Of a stretch of DNA of 64,000 nt, positions 1 to 11,756 are shown piece by piece. The position numbers and the translations under genes were made by a program. The DNA comes from Marsupella aquatica (Eukaryota; Plantae; Marchantiophyta), in the NCBI GenBank assembly GCA_973895155.1, contig OZ316899.1, positions 16,085,974-16,149,973 of the forward strand, in the 5' to 3' direction. The notes under the pieces were generated by a model. It made no database searches, was not told the DNA's origin, and saw nothing but the letters and a program-made list of their open reading frames with translations. The stretch's first letter is position 1. Each line of letters opens with the position of its first letter.

Positions 1-840
1 GGCTACGGTGAAGGACGACGCCGCAACCAGCGCCAGGTTCTTATATGAACAGATTTTCACCCGGTTCGGCCCACCCTTAGAATTGGTAAGCGACCGTGGA
101 ACCCACTTCCTCAATGACACTGTAGCCCAGTTTACGGAGCGTTACCTAGTCAAGCACCGCAAGACTACCCTGTATCATCCTAAGGCCAACGGGATGACAG
201 AGAGAGCCAATGGTATCATTGGGAAAATCCTCAACAAGACGGCAGCGGCGCACAAAACGGATTGGGATGATAAGTTGTACGCAGCGGTGTACTTGTATAA
301 TCTCGCTTACAAAACTACTACGAGTCACAGCCGTACTTTCTCGTGTTTGGCCAACATTCGTTGGTACCCGTCGAGTTTGAAGTACACACTCCACGAGTCA
401 GTATTCACGATCGCTTACCCGAACCTGAAAGTTCGTCAGACCGAGCTTATCAAATTGAAGCCCTAGAAGAAGCACGGCTACTAGCAGCTGGACACGCCGT
501 GAAGAATCAGGCAACTTCGAAGAAGCAACACGACAAAGGACTACGGAGGGTCGACGTCGTGGTAGGCGATCTAGTCCTTCTGTACGATAGTAGGTACATG
601 CAGTTTCCAGGGAAGCTTCATACCCGGTGGTTAGGGCCCTTCCTTGTCAATCAGATCTACCATAACGGATCTTTGGAGCTTGCGACGTATGCCGGCGATT
701 TACTCCCCACGCGAATCAGCTACGATCGTGTAAAAAAGTACCACCATCAAGATGACGACGCCGAGAGTGATGTTTGCGAGGACGCTTCACAATTAAGCAG
801 GGAGCTATGTGACGCCGCCGGTACGGCGGTTAATGAGTGA
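1..840 (+). pseudogene. Gypsy family A integrase, C-terminal half (frameshift near 330)
   Basis: ORFs 8-466 and 343-840 give RFGPPLELVSDRGTHF, YHPKANGMTERAN and the GPY/F-type WLGPF; very similar to the integrase at 59940-60743; no chromodomain; frame runs into the LTR. Confidence 0.93.
795..807 (+). other. Polypurine tract of family A element
   Basis: aagcagggagcta directly before TGTGAC at 808; preceded by gcgaggacgcttcaca, which also precedes the family C PPT. Confidence 0.75.
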
Positions 841-1166
841 TTCGGTCTAACTGCGCTCAGCACGCGCGTTAGGAGTGTCTTAGGCCGCTATTATTAGCAT
901 AACGACAGTATTTAGGTAATCATTATGGGTAGGACATCATTAGGCAATAAGGGGGAATTCAGGTTCGGACTGGCGACGGGTCGCTATTCGCACACCCGGG
1001 TTACAAGCGTGGAGGGGCCCCTCCCTCGGGTCCGTATAATGAACTTAAGGAAGCGGCCACTGACACGCGCTGACTCAGACCGGCGGAGTGGCCGGTACAC
1101 CACAAGCGTGAGCGGTTCAGCCTATGGGCGTCGAGGAGATGTCGGGGGATCGGCAAGCCCTCAAGG

Positions 1167-1173
1167 TATAAAA
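1167..1173 (+). promoter_or_regulatory. Candidate TATA box for the LTR-borne ORF of family A
   Basis: TATAAAA ~100 nt upstream of ATG 1275; conserved in solo copy (46624-46630, minus strand). Confidence 0.5.
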
Positions 1174-3286
1174 AGGGAGCCGACCCTTTGGAGTGCACCA
1201 GTCCATCAGTCCACGCGCCAGCTTCGACCCCAGCTCTCTCGTTCGCTCTAAGTTGCCACTACTATCTCCTCTGAATGTCGCACACGATCCTCTCCAGCTC
1301 GGCCATTCGATTCTGGACGCAGTTCCTATCTACCGGAAGGCACTTGGCCGACTCATTGAAACACGCCAACCCGCCCCGATACGAAATCAAACGCGAGTAT
1401 GAGAGAGCCATCCGCCTAGCAGGATGACACCACTACATCCTTAACTTTGACTACCCGTCTCAAAGCGAGCTTTACCGACCAGCAGAGGTATCTGGGTACT
1501 TCTTCAACGGAGACAAATATATCGGTTTCTGGGAAGCATTGCTTCGGCTTCCGGATGAGGTCTTCAATATCCCGGGTACGATCGACTTGCAACGACATCA
1601 CTTCGACCACATCCCTGCTCAGGTTCGGGCTATCATCAACAGCGAGTCCACCACTACCCGTTCGACAAGATCGTCCGCACTTGCTTCGAAGAACTTCTAC
1701 CAGCACCTGCAGAGCTTCATGGGAACTAGACCCGCAACCACCGACGCCAGCCCAGTGGACCCCATACCCGTACCCGTACCAACGCAGACTCAGGCTCAGG
1801 CTTAGCTTCAGTCTCAGCCTCAGCCTAGCCAACCCCCACCGCCGATCGCCCCGCCAGCAGTACAAGTACGCTCCGTCATCAACGTTGTGGACCTTAGCGA
1901 CGACGACGAGGCTACCCCACCCTTGCTCAGGCGGCCCAGAGGAGTAAACACTCAGGGGGCCGACACTGCATCGTCCCCTCCCCATGCTCGGACCCAAGGA
2001 GCGGCTCCAGCAGACAACATGGTGACCGTGGCCGCCCTGGGACCAATACTAACGGCGGTAGTACTACCTATGCCCGATCGAGAGGATGGGGAGGTGTCAC
2101 CTTCCCCGAGCCAGTCACGGGGGAAGAAGAGGAAGGAACCCGCCACTGCATCCGGGTAACCATTGGCCACGGTAGCCGTGGCCAAGGTAACAATGCACCG
2201 CATGGGGGAAAACGTGCATAAGAACATCCTCCATCCCAAGCATGCGGTGTACCTGAAGACTCAGGGATTCGAGCACCTCGCCGCTCTGCCCTGGAACACT
2301 TGCAGGTACTATGGAGAGGACATGACAGAATTCGTCAAGAATTATGATGATACACGTCAGCATATTCGACTGCGGGGAAGGAATATGTCCCTCACGGAAG
2401 AACGGCTCAGGATGATCTTCGGATTACCCGAAGGTGACCATCAAGTCGAATCACGGGCTCCTGGGGGCAAGGGAGCCAAGTACCAATCCTCAAGTTTTCC
2501 CTCGGAAGGAGCAGTGGACAACGGGTTTGTGATGAGGACCTGCCTCATCCTCGAGATAGCTGAGCGACTGGAGTTCCAGAGGTACGCCCTCCACATGATG
2601 GAACCCCGGGGGGAGATCTCCGTCGCCCAGGTTATCCAGGTCGAGAACTATCGACCTAGGAAGTGGGCGTCGTACTTCGCTAAGAAATTCCATGAAGAGA
2701 TGGAGCGGCGAAGGAAGACGCTGTACATTGGCGGGAAGGCGTATTTCGCTAGCCACATCGAGATCATTCTTGAGTGGTACGCTCGGTTTGATCGACAAAC
2801 CCTTCCCCGTGTCAACGTTACAAAGCTGGTCCCAGCTAGGTGGGTTTTTCCGGCCTTGGAGAGACGGCCCCAACCCAAGGCCCGAAGTCCAGCGGACACG
2901 CCAGCTTCACCCACCCCACCTCCACAAGTAGCTGTAGTCGTAACCGAGGAGGTACCGGATGGGTCGGTTGTCGCAACCGTTGATGCGATCCAACAGGCCA
3001 GGCTAAGTACAGAAGTCGGTACGGCGGAGGTCTTACCCGAGCCCGGGTCTCCCAAAGACCCACCGGTGGCTATTCCGGAGAACCGACATTGCTGCAGGAG
3101 GACACTCCAGCCCCTTCCAACATTACGTCCCCAGGGCTGGACGTCACTGCCCCGGCCCCCGCGCGTGTTGACGTCTGCCCGTGCCCAACTCCGGACAGGC
3201 ACAACCTGGACCACTTGGAACTCTTCGTACCGGGTACATTTCTGAACGGTCTTCTGGGAGATTTCTCTCATCAAATTGCCCGGGAT

Positions 3287-6200
3287 TGTGGTGCGTCCCA
3301 TGGCTCCCTAAACCAAGAAACCCCCCAGCTCAAGCCGATTCCCGCAAGTTTCGAGCTTGGCGAGGCCGTTTCCGCGGCTTAGCGGCATGGGACGCTGCTA
3401 ACCTTCTACTACTACTATTAACATTTTACACACATATACTGGACAGATCCTTCATCGGGTCATGAGATACGTAGCCGGCCTAATCTAGGCCTTCCCTCGT
3501 CTTCCCCTCCGTCTTGTTAGGTATGTTTGGATTCCGCCGCCGGAATGATCCCCAATAGGCTTGGTTAAGCCGCTAAGACCTCTCTCAGCTCGACACATCC
3601 AACTCTCACTCCCCTGCTTACTTTCCTTCCTTCTGTTGGTTGATGTGGGCACTCTTCACACAAGTTAATGCGACACACAAATAGCAAAATGACTCCTTCT
3701 GACTGAGCCATACCATGCACTTGCCATACAAACAGTACATCTCATACACAAGCTCTGCGAACTAAGCCGTGAGGCCAACTCTATTCAGCTCTTAGGCATG
3801 ACGAAACATGAATATACACAAGGGTCACTGTATGACTAACCGAGAGCTTCCCTTACTACTTGATCCCAGCCCGGCTGGTGCAAACTAAAAACTTGCTAAA
3901 GAAGAGGCCCTGAGCTCCCCGCTGCCCAGGTACTTATACTGGTAGTGGATCCGCCTAATTCTTTGCAGCGTAAGCCTAATCTACCTAACAGTAATCTACT
4001 TGCCCGGATCTACCTATGTACAGCAAGGCAGGAGCACAAGTGTTGCTCCTACCAGTGGAACCGCAATCCCACTAAGCGAAGTGTCAGGGCCGCTCCTGGT
4101 CCTGATCCTAATCCTAAACTTGGAGATCAGCGCCCGCCCTACCCACTCACGCCTCCTCCCTCCACGTCCGCCCTTCCTAAAAGGAACGGCGCCGTTGCAC
4201 CGTCACGACACCGGTGGTGGATCCTCAATGGACGCCCCCAACGCTTCCTCCTCAGCCACTGCCGTAGGTTCGTTTTCTGACAGATTACCTGCCCTTGACT
4301 GAGTCAACTCTCTATCGGCCTGACTGGGTCCACCATCGGCGTCGGCATTGGCTCGGGAGTCATTCTCGGCTACGGCCTCAGCCTCGGCTATGGTCTCACC
4401 GGCCTGCTCAAGAGGCGGATCTGGGATACCGGCCTCATTACTGAGTAGTTCGGCTTGGGCCGCACCATCCCCACCCTTGATGATAGCGGAATCTATTGCC
4501 GTATTCATGCCGGAGGATGGTGCTGGGTCTACCTCCTTGGTCACCACGGCCTGTGGGGTCGGATTACTCCTTGACCCTGAAGGTTTCCGCTTCTTCTTCC
4601 TTTCTGGTTCGGCAGCTGGTCCTTTCCCCTTCCCACTTACTTCCGGCACTGGTGCAGGTGGCGCGGCTTTTTCTTCGGCCAGTACCACTCCTGGTAACTT
4701 GGTTGCCCCAATTGGAGTTGGGCCTGATGAAGACAAGCACTTAAATACTGCGGCTTGTTTCTTCAGCCGCTCCGTTTGGTTGTCGGCCCGCCGTTGGAGG
4801 TTCTCCATCTTCCTTGTGATTTCCTCCAACTCCTCCTAGGTCTCATCCAGGTCCTTGCGCGCCTCCTCTAGTTCCTTCTGGGCTTCCTCCCGTTCTTGTT
4901 TCAAGGTAGTCCTCTCCTCCCGGGTTGCTCTTAGCTCCTTGTCGAGCTCTGCAATGATGACAGACTCCATCTGGTTCATCTTGGCGTAAGTCTGATCGAG
5001 CATCTCGTCCTTCTCCCTTAGGTCGGCCTTGAAGCTGGCCATCAGGGACGCAAGCTCCTGCTGTAGCGCCATAATCCCTTGATAGGATTTCGCTAACTCG
5101 GCCTCCTTCTGCTCAAGGGCTCCGCGGATTTTCTCGAGCTCCCCCATCAACGCCCATTTCTTTCTTTGGGTCTCCGCCATGGCCCGGCTGTTGGCTGTTA
5201 TGTGGGCCTCCTCTGTATTCTTCAGCTCTCGCTTCCACTTCTCCCTCTCTTTGATTGTATCGGCCAACTCTCCCTGCGTCTGAGTCAGTTTATCCTTGAT
5301 ATTCCGATTATCAGCCTGCGCGGTGTCCAACTGCCCCTGCATGATGTTCAGCTCATGCCGTTTAATCCGCAGTTCATCTTGGGCTTTCTTGGCCGCCCTT
5401 AGGTCTTCAATCTCGGCTTCCATTTTCCTGAGCCGCCGAATGACCTCGTCCTTCTTGCTTCTCTCTAAAGCCACCGCTTCTTCTAATTGGTGCTTCTCCA
5501 ACTGCTCCCTATGGAAAAAGGGTCCTACCTCCAACTCCTCTCCAAAGATGCCGAGCGCAAGTTCCCCACACATCTCACCATACTCCATGGCTCTATTCTT
5601 AGCGTAGGTGGAGTAAGTAGGAGTGATCGGCATCGCCCATCGCGGCCTCTGCTCCCAAGCCGTCTTGCGGATCTCTTCAATCGTGGCTAGAGGTTTGCTT
5701 CCTTTTTCAGCTAGCCGCCTGATGTCCTCCGGCCAATCTCCTCCTGGTAAATCCTTTTCCCTAGCCAGGGCTGCCTCCTCTTCCTACCTGATTTGCTCCT
5801 GAAATTCCTGCGCCGTCTGTTTTATGCCGTCAAAGCTCGGGGGAGCAACATCTGGTGGGGGAGACTCAGGGCTACTCTGCTGGTTGGGGTCCCCTCGTAC
5901 TACCCTTGGAAGCGTGGGGACAAACCGGCCACAGGTCCTTACTCCTGGAACGTGATGGTCCGACCCATAGCCGGAATTATCATGGCTGCAGTCCTCCACT
6001 GCCTCCTGTACTTCTTGGACGTCCGGCTTCTCCCTCTCCTCTTCGTCGGTAGGAGCTTCAGGCAATTCTGCCTCAGATTCAGAGCTTGAGACTCCCACAT
6101 ACATTCGAACACCTGGCTTGGATTCCGGCCTGATTCTCTCCTTGTCTCCAGCAAAGGGGTTTTCTCTTGTGAGCCGGTGTAGGCCTACCTCTGGAGTAGT

Positions 6201-7965
6201 GTCCTGCATTGTTGCCGTTGCCGTTGTCGTTGCCGATGCCGATGCCGATCTCTTTTCTTTCTCCAGTAGTTTCAGCAGACTCTGCATGCCTGGTTGCTGC
6301 ATTGGCAAGTCCTCCGTCCTTGGCCTAAACACCTGCTCGATCGTAGGGCTAACAAGTGGTTGAGGCTTCTCTACTAACGGCCTCGGCGTTGGAGCTTCCT
6401 CGGGTGCACTTACCTGCAGGGGAAGTACTGGGGCAAAAGTCTGACCTCTGGCATACCGGCACAACAGTGGCATGTGATAGCCAAGCCGCGACACGCTCCC
6501 CATGCCGATTACCTGCTGCTCCTCCTTTAAGATCTTCTTCAATTGGTTGAGGAGGTACCCGTTGTAGTCCCGGCTTGGGTCTGGCCTCTCTGCCAGATAG
6601 ACCTGTGCTTTGCCGATCTCTGCCCTCGGCAAGTTACAATGCATGGTCACCCGCAAGAAGTCGATCATCTCTCCTATGTGCGGGTTGGTGCAGGTGTTCC
6701 GGAAGAAGCCATTCTTCGTTGATGGCCCGGGGAACGACCGGAACTCCTTGTCAGGCAAGGTCTTCCTGGTATCAACTTTGGTCTTATTGCCTATCGGCAA
6801 GCCAAATACTTCGGCAATCACTTTGGGAGTAAGATAGAAATCCTTCCCATATATCCTCGTGCAATTGGTCTCGGGTTCCCATGACCCCACGAATTCTAAT
6901 AGGTCTGACTCCGGTACCTCCGGCTTCAGCCATGGTAATCTTACAAAGGCCTCTAAGCCGGATCCGGCCATGAAGCCTTGGTACTTCTTGGTCTGCATGG
7001 CCGTAAAGCATGCATCCTCCTCCCGTGCAAAATGTAGTTGCACCTCCATCGGTAGGGTTGCCGCCCAGCCCTTCCAGGTGTCATCCCTGGTTGGAATGGC
7101 CTTGATGGGATCGACCTCCTCCTCTTCGGCTTCTCCCTGCCTCCTGCTCTACTGCTCGGCTGGCTTCTTTGGTGCCGCCGACCTCATTCTTTTTGCCGGG
7201 GTGGCTTCATCGTTGACGGCTCCCTTCCTCTTCATCTCTGCTGCCGTGGAGGTTTCTCCTAGCACCGTTGCTTGGGTCCACCTTTCCGTGCTACCCTTTA
7301 ATTCCCAGTGTATGTCGTTGCAGTTCTTGATGGCCTCTCGGATGCCGACGACGCTGTCTTTGCAAAACAGAAGATTGTCGAGTTGATTGGAAGTAGGAGT
7401 CCACAAGAACTCGTCCTTGATGAGTTTGCGTCCTAAGAAAGCCGTATTCTGCAGCTCCCACAATCGAGCGAGCTCCTGCCGTTCTCGAGCTGCCCTTTCT
7501 GATTCCTCATCCTCGTAAGTCTTGATGTACTCAGTTGCCCGTTCGAACAGGCATCCCCAGAAATGTGCCGCTTGATTGACGTTGCTCATACCCTCCTTAG
7601 GTCGATCGTCGATATCTACTCTCTCCCCGAGTGCTTCCCTAAGCAGCTGACAGTAGTTGGCCTCCCGTAGTCGTCTGCCTAGTTCATGCTCGCAAATGAG
7701 CCACCATCTCCTACAAGCGCTCCTTACCCCTCTCCTCTTCAGGTCCTTCCTCCCGTTGATCCTTCCTAGCCGCCGACGCTTAACGCGCCCTAACCCTAAT
7801 CGAGTTTTCTCCCCCAGCGTCCTTACCTCCGGCCTCGGCCCGGGTTCCATGGTCGCCCCTAATTGTTTATATTTTCCTTGTTTTGTCCCTATACTAAGGT
7901 GTTTCTAGGGTGCCTTCCTACTTTACCCACTTAACTGGCCGAGTGATTCCTGTCTAGGCATCACA
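3287..7965 (-). mobile_element. Solo LTR-like element, family B (B1, 4679 bp)
   Basis: Termini TGTGGTGC...GCATCACA; 5-bp TSD gggat at 3282-3286 and 7966-7970; empty site visible in copy A2 (~44505); no gag/pol inside. Confidence 0.92.
4203..7850 (-). pseudogene. Family B LTR-borne ORF (~1215 codons, three in-frame TAG stops)
   Basis: ORFs 7149-7850, 5784-7049, 4836-5633 and 4203-4829 are all in one frame; N-domain, conserved domain (LLEFVGSW...LTPKVIAEVFGLPIG), acidic/Pro linker, long coiled coil. Confidence 0.85.
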
Positions 7966-9488
7966 GGGATACCGGGGAGTTCATGGCCCGGAAGGTAGCC
8001 TGTTTCTTCAATCAGGAGTTAGTTGCCGCAGTAAAGGCAGGTCGGGCCCAGTCAGAGGCCCTTCAGAGGATAGAGCGGTACCGGGTGGAGTCCGTCTACT
8101 TAAAGAATGAAGTTGCGGCTCAAGAGGCTGAGCTTCTGCAACTACAACCCAAGGTTGCAGCCGCCGATGATTTGTTAGCAAAGGCGCACGCCCTTACTGC
8201 CCTAGCCGAGCAGGCCAAAGCTGGGAACGAGGCCGAGATTGCACCACTCCGGAACCAGATTGACAGTTTGAAGAATCAAACTGTCATCTGGCAGAAGGAC
8301 CTGGAGGAGGCCGAAGAACGGGCTCAGCGGGACACTACGGAGATAGCCACGCTGCAGGCCGAGGTGGCGCGGCTCCAAACCGAGGCTGAGAAGCAAGACC
8401 AGTTGGCGGGTAAACTGATGAGCGACGCCCAGCAGCTGGAGGAGGCATGTCAGGAGGCAGCAGAGGAGACGGACGCGGCGAGGTGAGAGAACAAATCTCT
8501 GTTGGACCAGGTCCAGCTCCTCAAGGCGGACAATGACAGGCTTCGAAGGCAGCGGGATGGCCGCTCCCATTCGGGCGGCTCTGGCAAGCGTGCCAGGCAT
8601 TAGCAGCGGAGCAAGAATAGATTAGGATTAGGACTAGCTTAGTCAGGCTCTTGGGAGAGGCACCTGCCTTAGGTACAGCAGCGCTGCCATGCTGTCCAGC
8701 CTGCGTAGATTAGGATCTTCTAATAAGACACAGCCATTTTCCGGCCTGACTGTCAGCTTAGTTAGGACCTTAGTCAGTGAATCTTCGGCGAGAGGACACC
8801 CCGTCCCTCGGCCCTTAGTATTTAGTGCACCCCTCGGTAGAGGTAGGGGGGTTTTTAGTCTCAGAGTTGGACATCTGTGGTATGTGCGGGGAGTCCCGGC
8901 CTCTGGGAGTGAAAGAGTACCAAGGGGAGGGGGTAGGACTAAGCTCGCCGGGGGAGTGCAGAGCCGGGCTCCGTTGTAGTATACTCTCTCGGCCTTGAAC
9001 CTAATCATTCCGGAGCTATCGGGTCAACCAAGTGTATGCACATGTCCCCTATGTAGTAAAATCCTTTCCCATTATTTCCTTGTAAATCGAGATTGTATGC
9101 TTGTGCGCGTGTATGTGTGTGTGAATCTCGTGTATAGGTGACAACGCCGGGCCGAACGCACTACCTAAACGAGGTGCAGCTTGTGGGGATGTGGTTGCGA
9201 GCACGGGTTGAGGACCTGTATCATGGAATCCGGATCGAAGGCGGACCACACAAAGGCTTAGAAGTCCTTAAGCCGGGGTCGATCCTGTTATCGACTAAGG
9301 TACGTTCCGGCGGCGGAACACAAACCATACCTAGGAGATGTCCGTATCTAACAGTAGGCGCACTTAGCGCTAGTTTACGTGAATTAGGTGCATTACGCGC
9401 TTCCCTCCCTGCCCGAACCCTCAGATTTATGAGGGATGTGCCCGTCTAAGCTGAAGTCTGAGTTAAGGCCGAAGCCGACGACGTGACA

Positions 9489-10409
9489 GATGACTGAGAA
9501 ATGATTCTGAGAGGATTCTGAGAGCGAACCGGAAGTAGGAATAGAGGTGTTGGCCGGTTGAACCGGATTCCCTCCTAAAGTTAACTTACGGCGCTTGGGA
9601 GGTTCAACAACTTGTACCTTTGCTTCCTCTTCGTCCTCCTCTGTGTCCTCTACCTTAACAATCTCTGGATCTGGGACTCCATAAAGGACATAACTGTTCT
9701 TTGTCCCCAAAAGATTCTTCTCCTGTTTGAACAGGACTCCTGCTTGGGCATACAAATGAATCACATAGGAAGACAAGGGGGTGGCCGATTTCCCATTGAG
9801 ATTAGTTGCCAGCTTCTGTATCACATCATACAGGATGGTAGCCCAAGAGATAGTCTTCCCCTTGTAGAGGGCAGCAATGATAGTGCTCCCTACTCTCTGG
9901 ATGACTCGTTTTGGTTTCTCTGGGTATAACAGGGGAACCAGGAAAGCCAATACCCTTCTCAAGTCTCCATCTATGCACTGATTAACACTCCATCCTTCTT
10001 TCTCGTCCATCTTTCCTGCAAAGTAATCTATGGTGAGGTTCTCTCCTTGGGGAAGTAGACCAGAGCCCTCTGTATGCACTTGGTAAGCTTTGCCAATAGC
10101 CTCTTTGGTCCAAAGCTTAGGTTGGGCTCTGATGGTATTAGAAAACTCACTTGGGACTTCTCCAGTGAGTATCTCTCGGATAACATCTTCACTCTGCCAT
10201 GCCCAGGTCATCAGAAGTAGGTTGTGGCATCCCATCCTCTCTAGATCAATCCGCAACCTCTCCTTCTCTTCTGGTCCGGTTGGTAGTACAAGTCTTAGAG
10301 GCTTCAAAGCAATAGGTAAATCCTTCCTCTTAGACCTTCGAACCTCGCTCTTGACAGGGGTAGTGTCCGCCTTCGCCTTCTCAGCAGATTGGGGTCTTTG
10401 GTTCCTCAT
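9489..10409 (-). pseudogene. Family D LTR-borne ORF, N-terminal ~307 aa (truncated by A insertion)
   Basis: Matches 51330-52577 up to ...QNHFSVI; the rest of the called ORF (9393-9488) reads into LTR A. Confidence 0.85.
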
Positions 10410-11090
10410 GGTGGCTCAACCGGTTCTCGTTAAGGTGAAATCCGGTTCAGAGCGGAAGCCGGTTCAGAGCGGAAGCCGGTTCAGAGCGGAAGCCGGGTCA
10501 AACGTCTGGCCTTCCTTCTCCAAGATCGAAGCCTATTTACTTCCCCAGCCTTCCCTCCCTCTACAGGAGTAGGCTGCCACCTTACACGATTCAGTCAATT
10601 CTCTCCTATACCATGCACTCACAGAGTTATCAAGAATGGTCCTCTCATCCGGACCAAAGACCCTCAACCAGACGGAAGAGATTCCTCACACTACAGCATC
10701 GTCGCATCACTATTCGCTCGGGAGCTCAAGACTTACTTCGTTCAGCCTTGAGAGGTGTGAGGAGAGGTTCAGCCGGTTTTGGTCTCAGATTTGGCTATAG
10801 GCTGATCCAAGACTTATGGTTTAATGGTTAAGCCGCTCCTTGCATTGAGATCCTCCGGTGGAATGGACCGGACTTAGATCATTAGGGAAACCGGTTCCAT
10901 GGGTTGGGGAGGTTAAAACGGCTTTCTTCTGTCGAACCGGCCATCTCAACCAAGCAACTTTTCCGGTTAGCACCTTAAAGTGCTCATAGGAGGCTAATAG
11001 GTCTAAAAGGTCATAAGAGTTAGTGTTTCCAAGGGTTAAAATTTTAAAATTTCCCTTTTTCTCCTTTTACCAAATAAACATCATCTCACA
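9489..11090 (-). mobile_element. Family D LTR, 5' part (D1), interrupted by the family A element
   Basis: Near-identical to 51657-53250; terminus ...CATCATCTCACA at 11090. Confidence 0.9.
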
Positions 11091-11756
11091 CTTTGCGTAT
11101 TTGTTGGGCTCGGCTTAGGTGATCATTGGCCGCTGTACTCATGGCGTCCTCATGTTTCTCCTGCATGGCCTCCAGCCGATCAAGTAGCTTTTCATGCTTC
11201 CCTTGGGCTGCGGCCAAGGCCTTCTCGCTCTGAGTGGTCTGGTCTTTAGCCGCCTTCCTAAGCCTATCGACTTGCCGATTAAGACCCTGTACCTCTTCCT
11301 TTGCATCGGGTAACTCCAGCTGCACCTTTGTCAATTTCTCTTTAATCTGCTGGTTATCCAATTGGTAGTTTTCCAATTGGTTGTTCGCCACCTCTAATTC
11401 CTGCTGCTTAGCCAAGAGATCCTGTTGTGCTTGTTGATCCACCCTTGATTTAGCCACCTTTGCTTCCATGCCGCGAAGCCAAGTGATCACTTCCTCCGTA
11501 TCTACAAATGCCTTTTTGTGAATTCCCCACAATCGCGCAAGCTCCGCTCGTTCTCTAGCTGCGCGCTCCGGCTCAACATCTTCATACGTAGGTACAGCTG
11601 CCTTGCTTCTTCAAGCAAACAGCCCCAAAACTTCCCTGCCTGATTCACCGTGTTCATTCCACCAAATGCCAAGAACTTGCGCAATCTCCCAATCCACCAC
11701 ATGCACTTGAATGACAGTCGCTCCTCAATGTCGAGACCGTGTACACGAGAATGCAA
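11091..11756 (-). pseudogene. Family E LTR-borne ORF fragment (B-type N-domain fused to coiled coil)
   Basis: GMNTVNQAGKFWGCLLE vs family B GMSNVNQAAHFWGCLFE; frameshift near 11585; coiled coil 11091-11532. Confidence 0.75.

Larger units (their letters stand above)
1275..8603 (+). pseudogene. Family A LTR-borne ORF (consensus ~880 aa), copy A1, interrupted by B1
   Basis: ATG 1275 and ORFs 1539, 1887, 2163 share a frame (stops at 1425, 1803, 2157); frameshift near 3085; resumes after 7970 as coiled coil (7983-8486, stop 8484) and ends at TAG 8601-8603; lesions differ from those in copy A2. Confidence 0.85.
808..9488 (+). mobile_element. 3' LTR of Gypsy family A (~4.0 kb net), split by solo LTR B1
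   Basis: Starts TGTGACGCCG and ends GACGTGACA; colinear with the TSD-bounded copy 42986-46989 once 3287-7965 is removed. Confidence 0.92.

Noticed and set aside
1416-3301. Antisense and alternative-frame ORFs over the LTR genes (also 44563-45144, 4348-4839)
   Set aside because: Shadows of the sense ORF; cross-family conservation is visible only in the sense frame
4203-7850. LTR ORFs as env genes or host myosin/SMC-like genes
   Set aside because: No signal peptide or TM segment seen; coiled-coil similarity is non-specific; the ORFs lie inside TSD-bounded elements
9393-9488. C-terminus of the called 338-aa ORF (CHVVGFGLNSDF...)
   Set aside because: Chimeric read-through from the D1 ORF into LTR A; the true continuation is seen in D2
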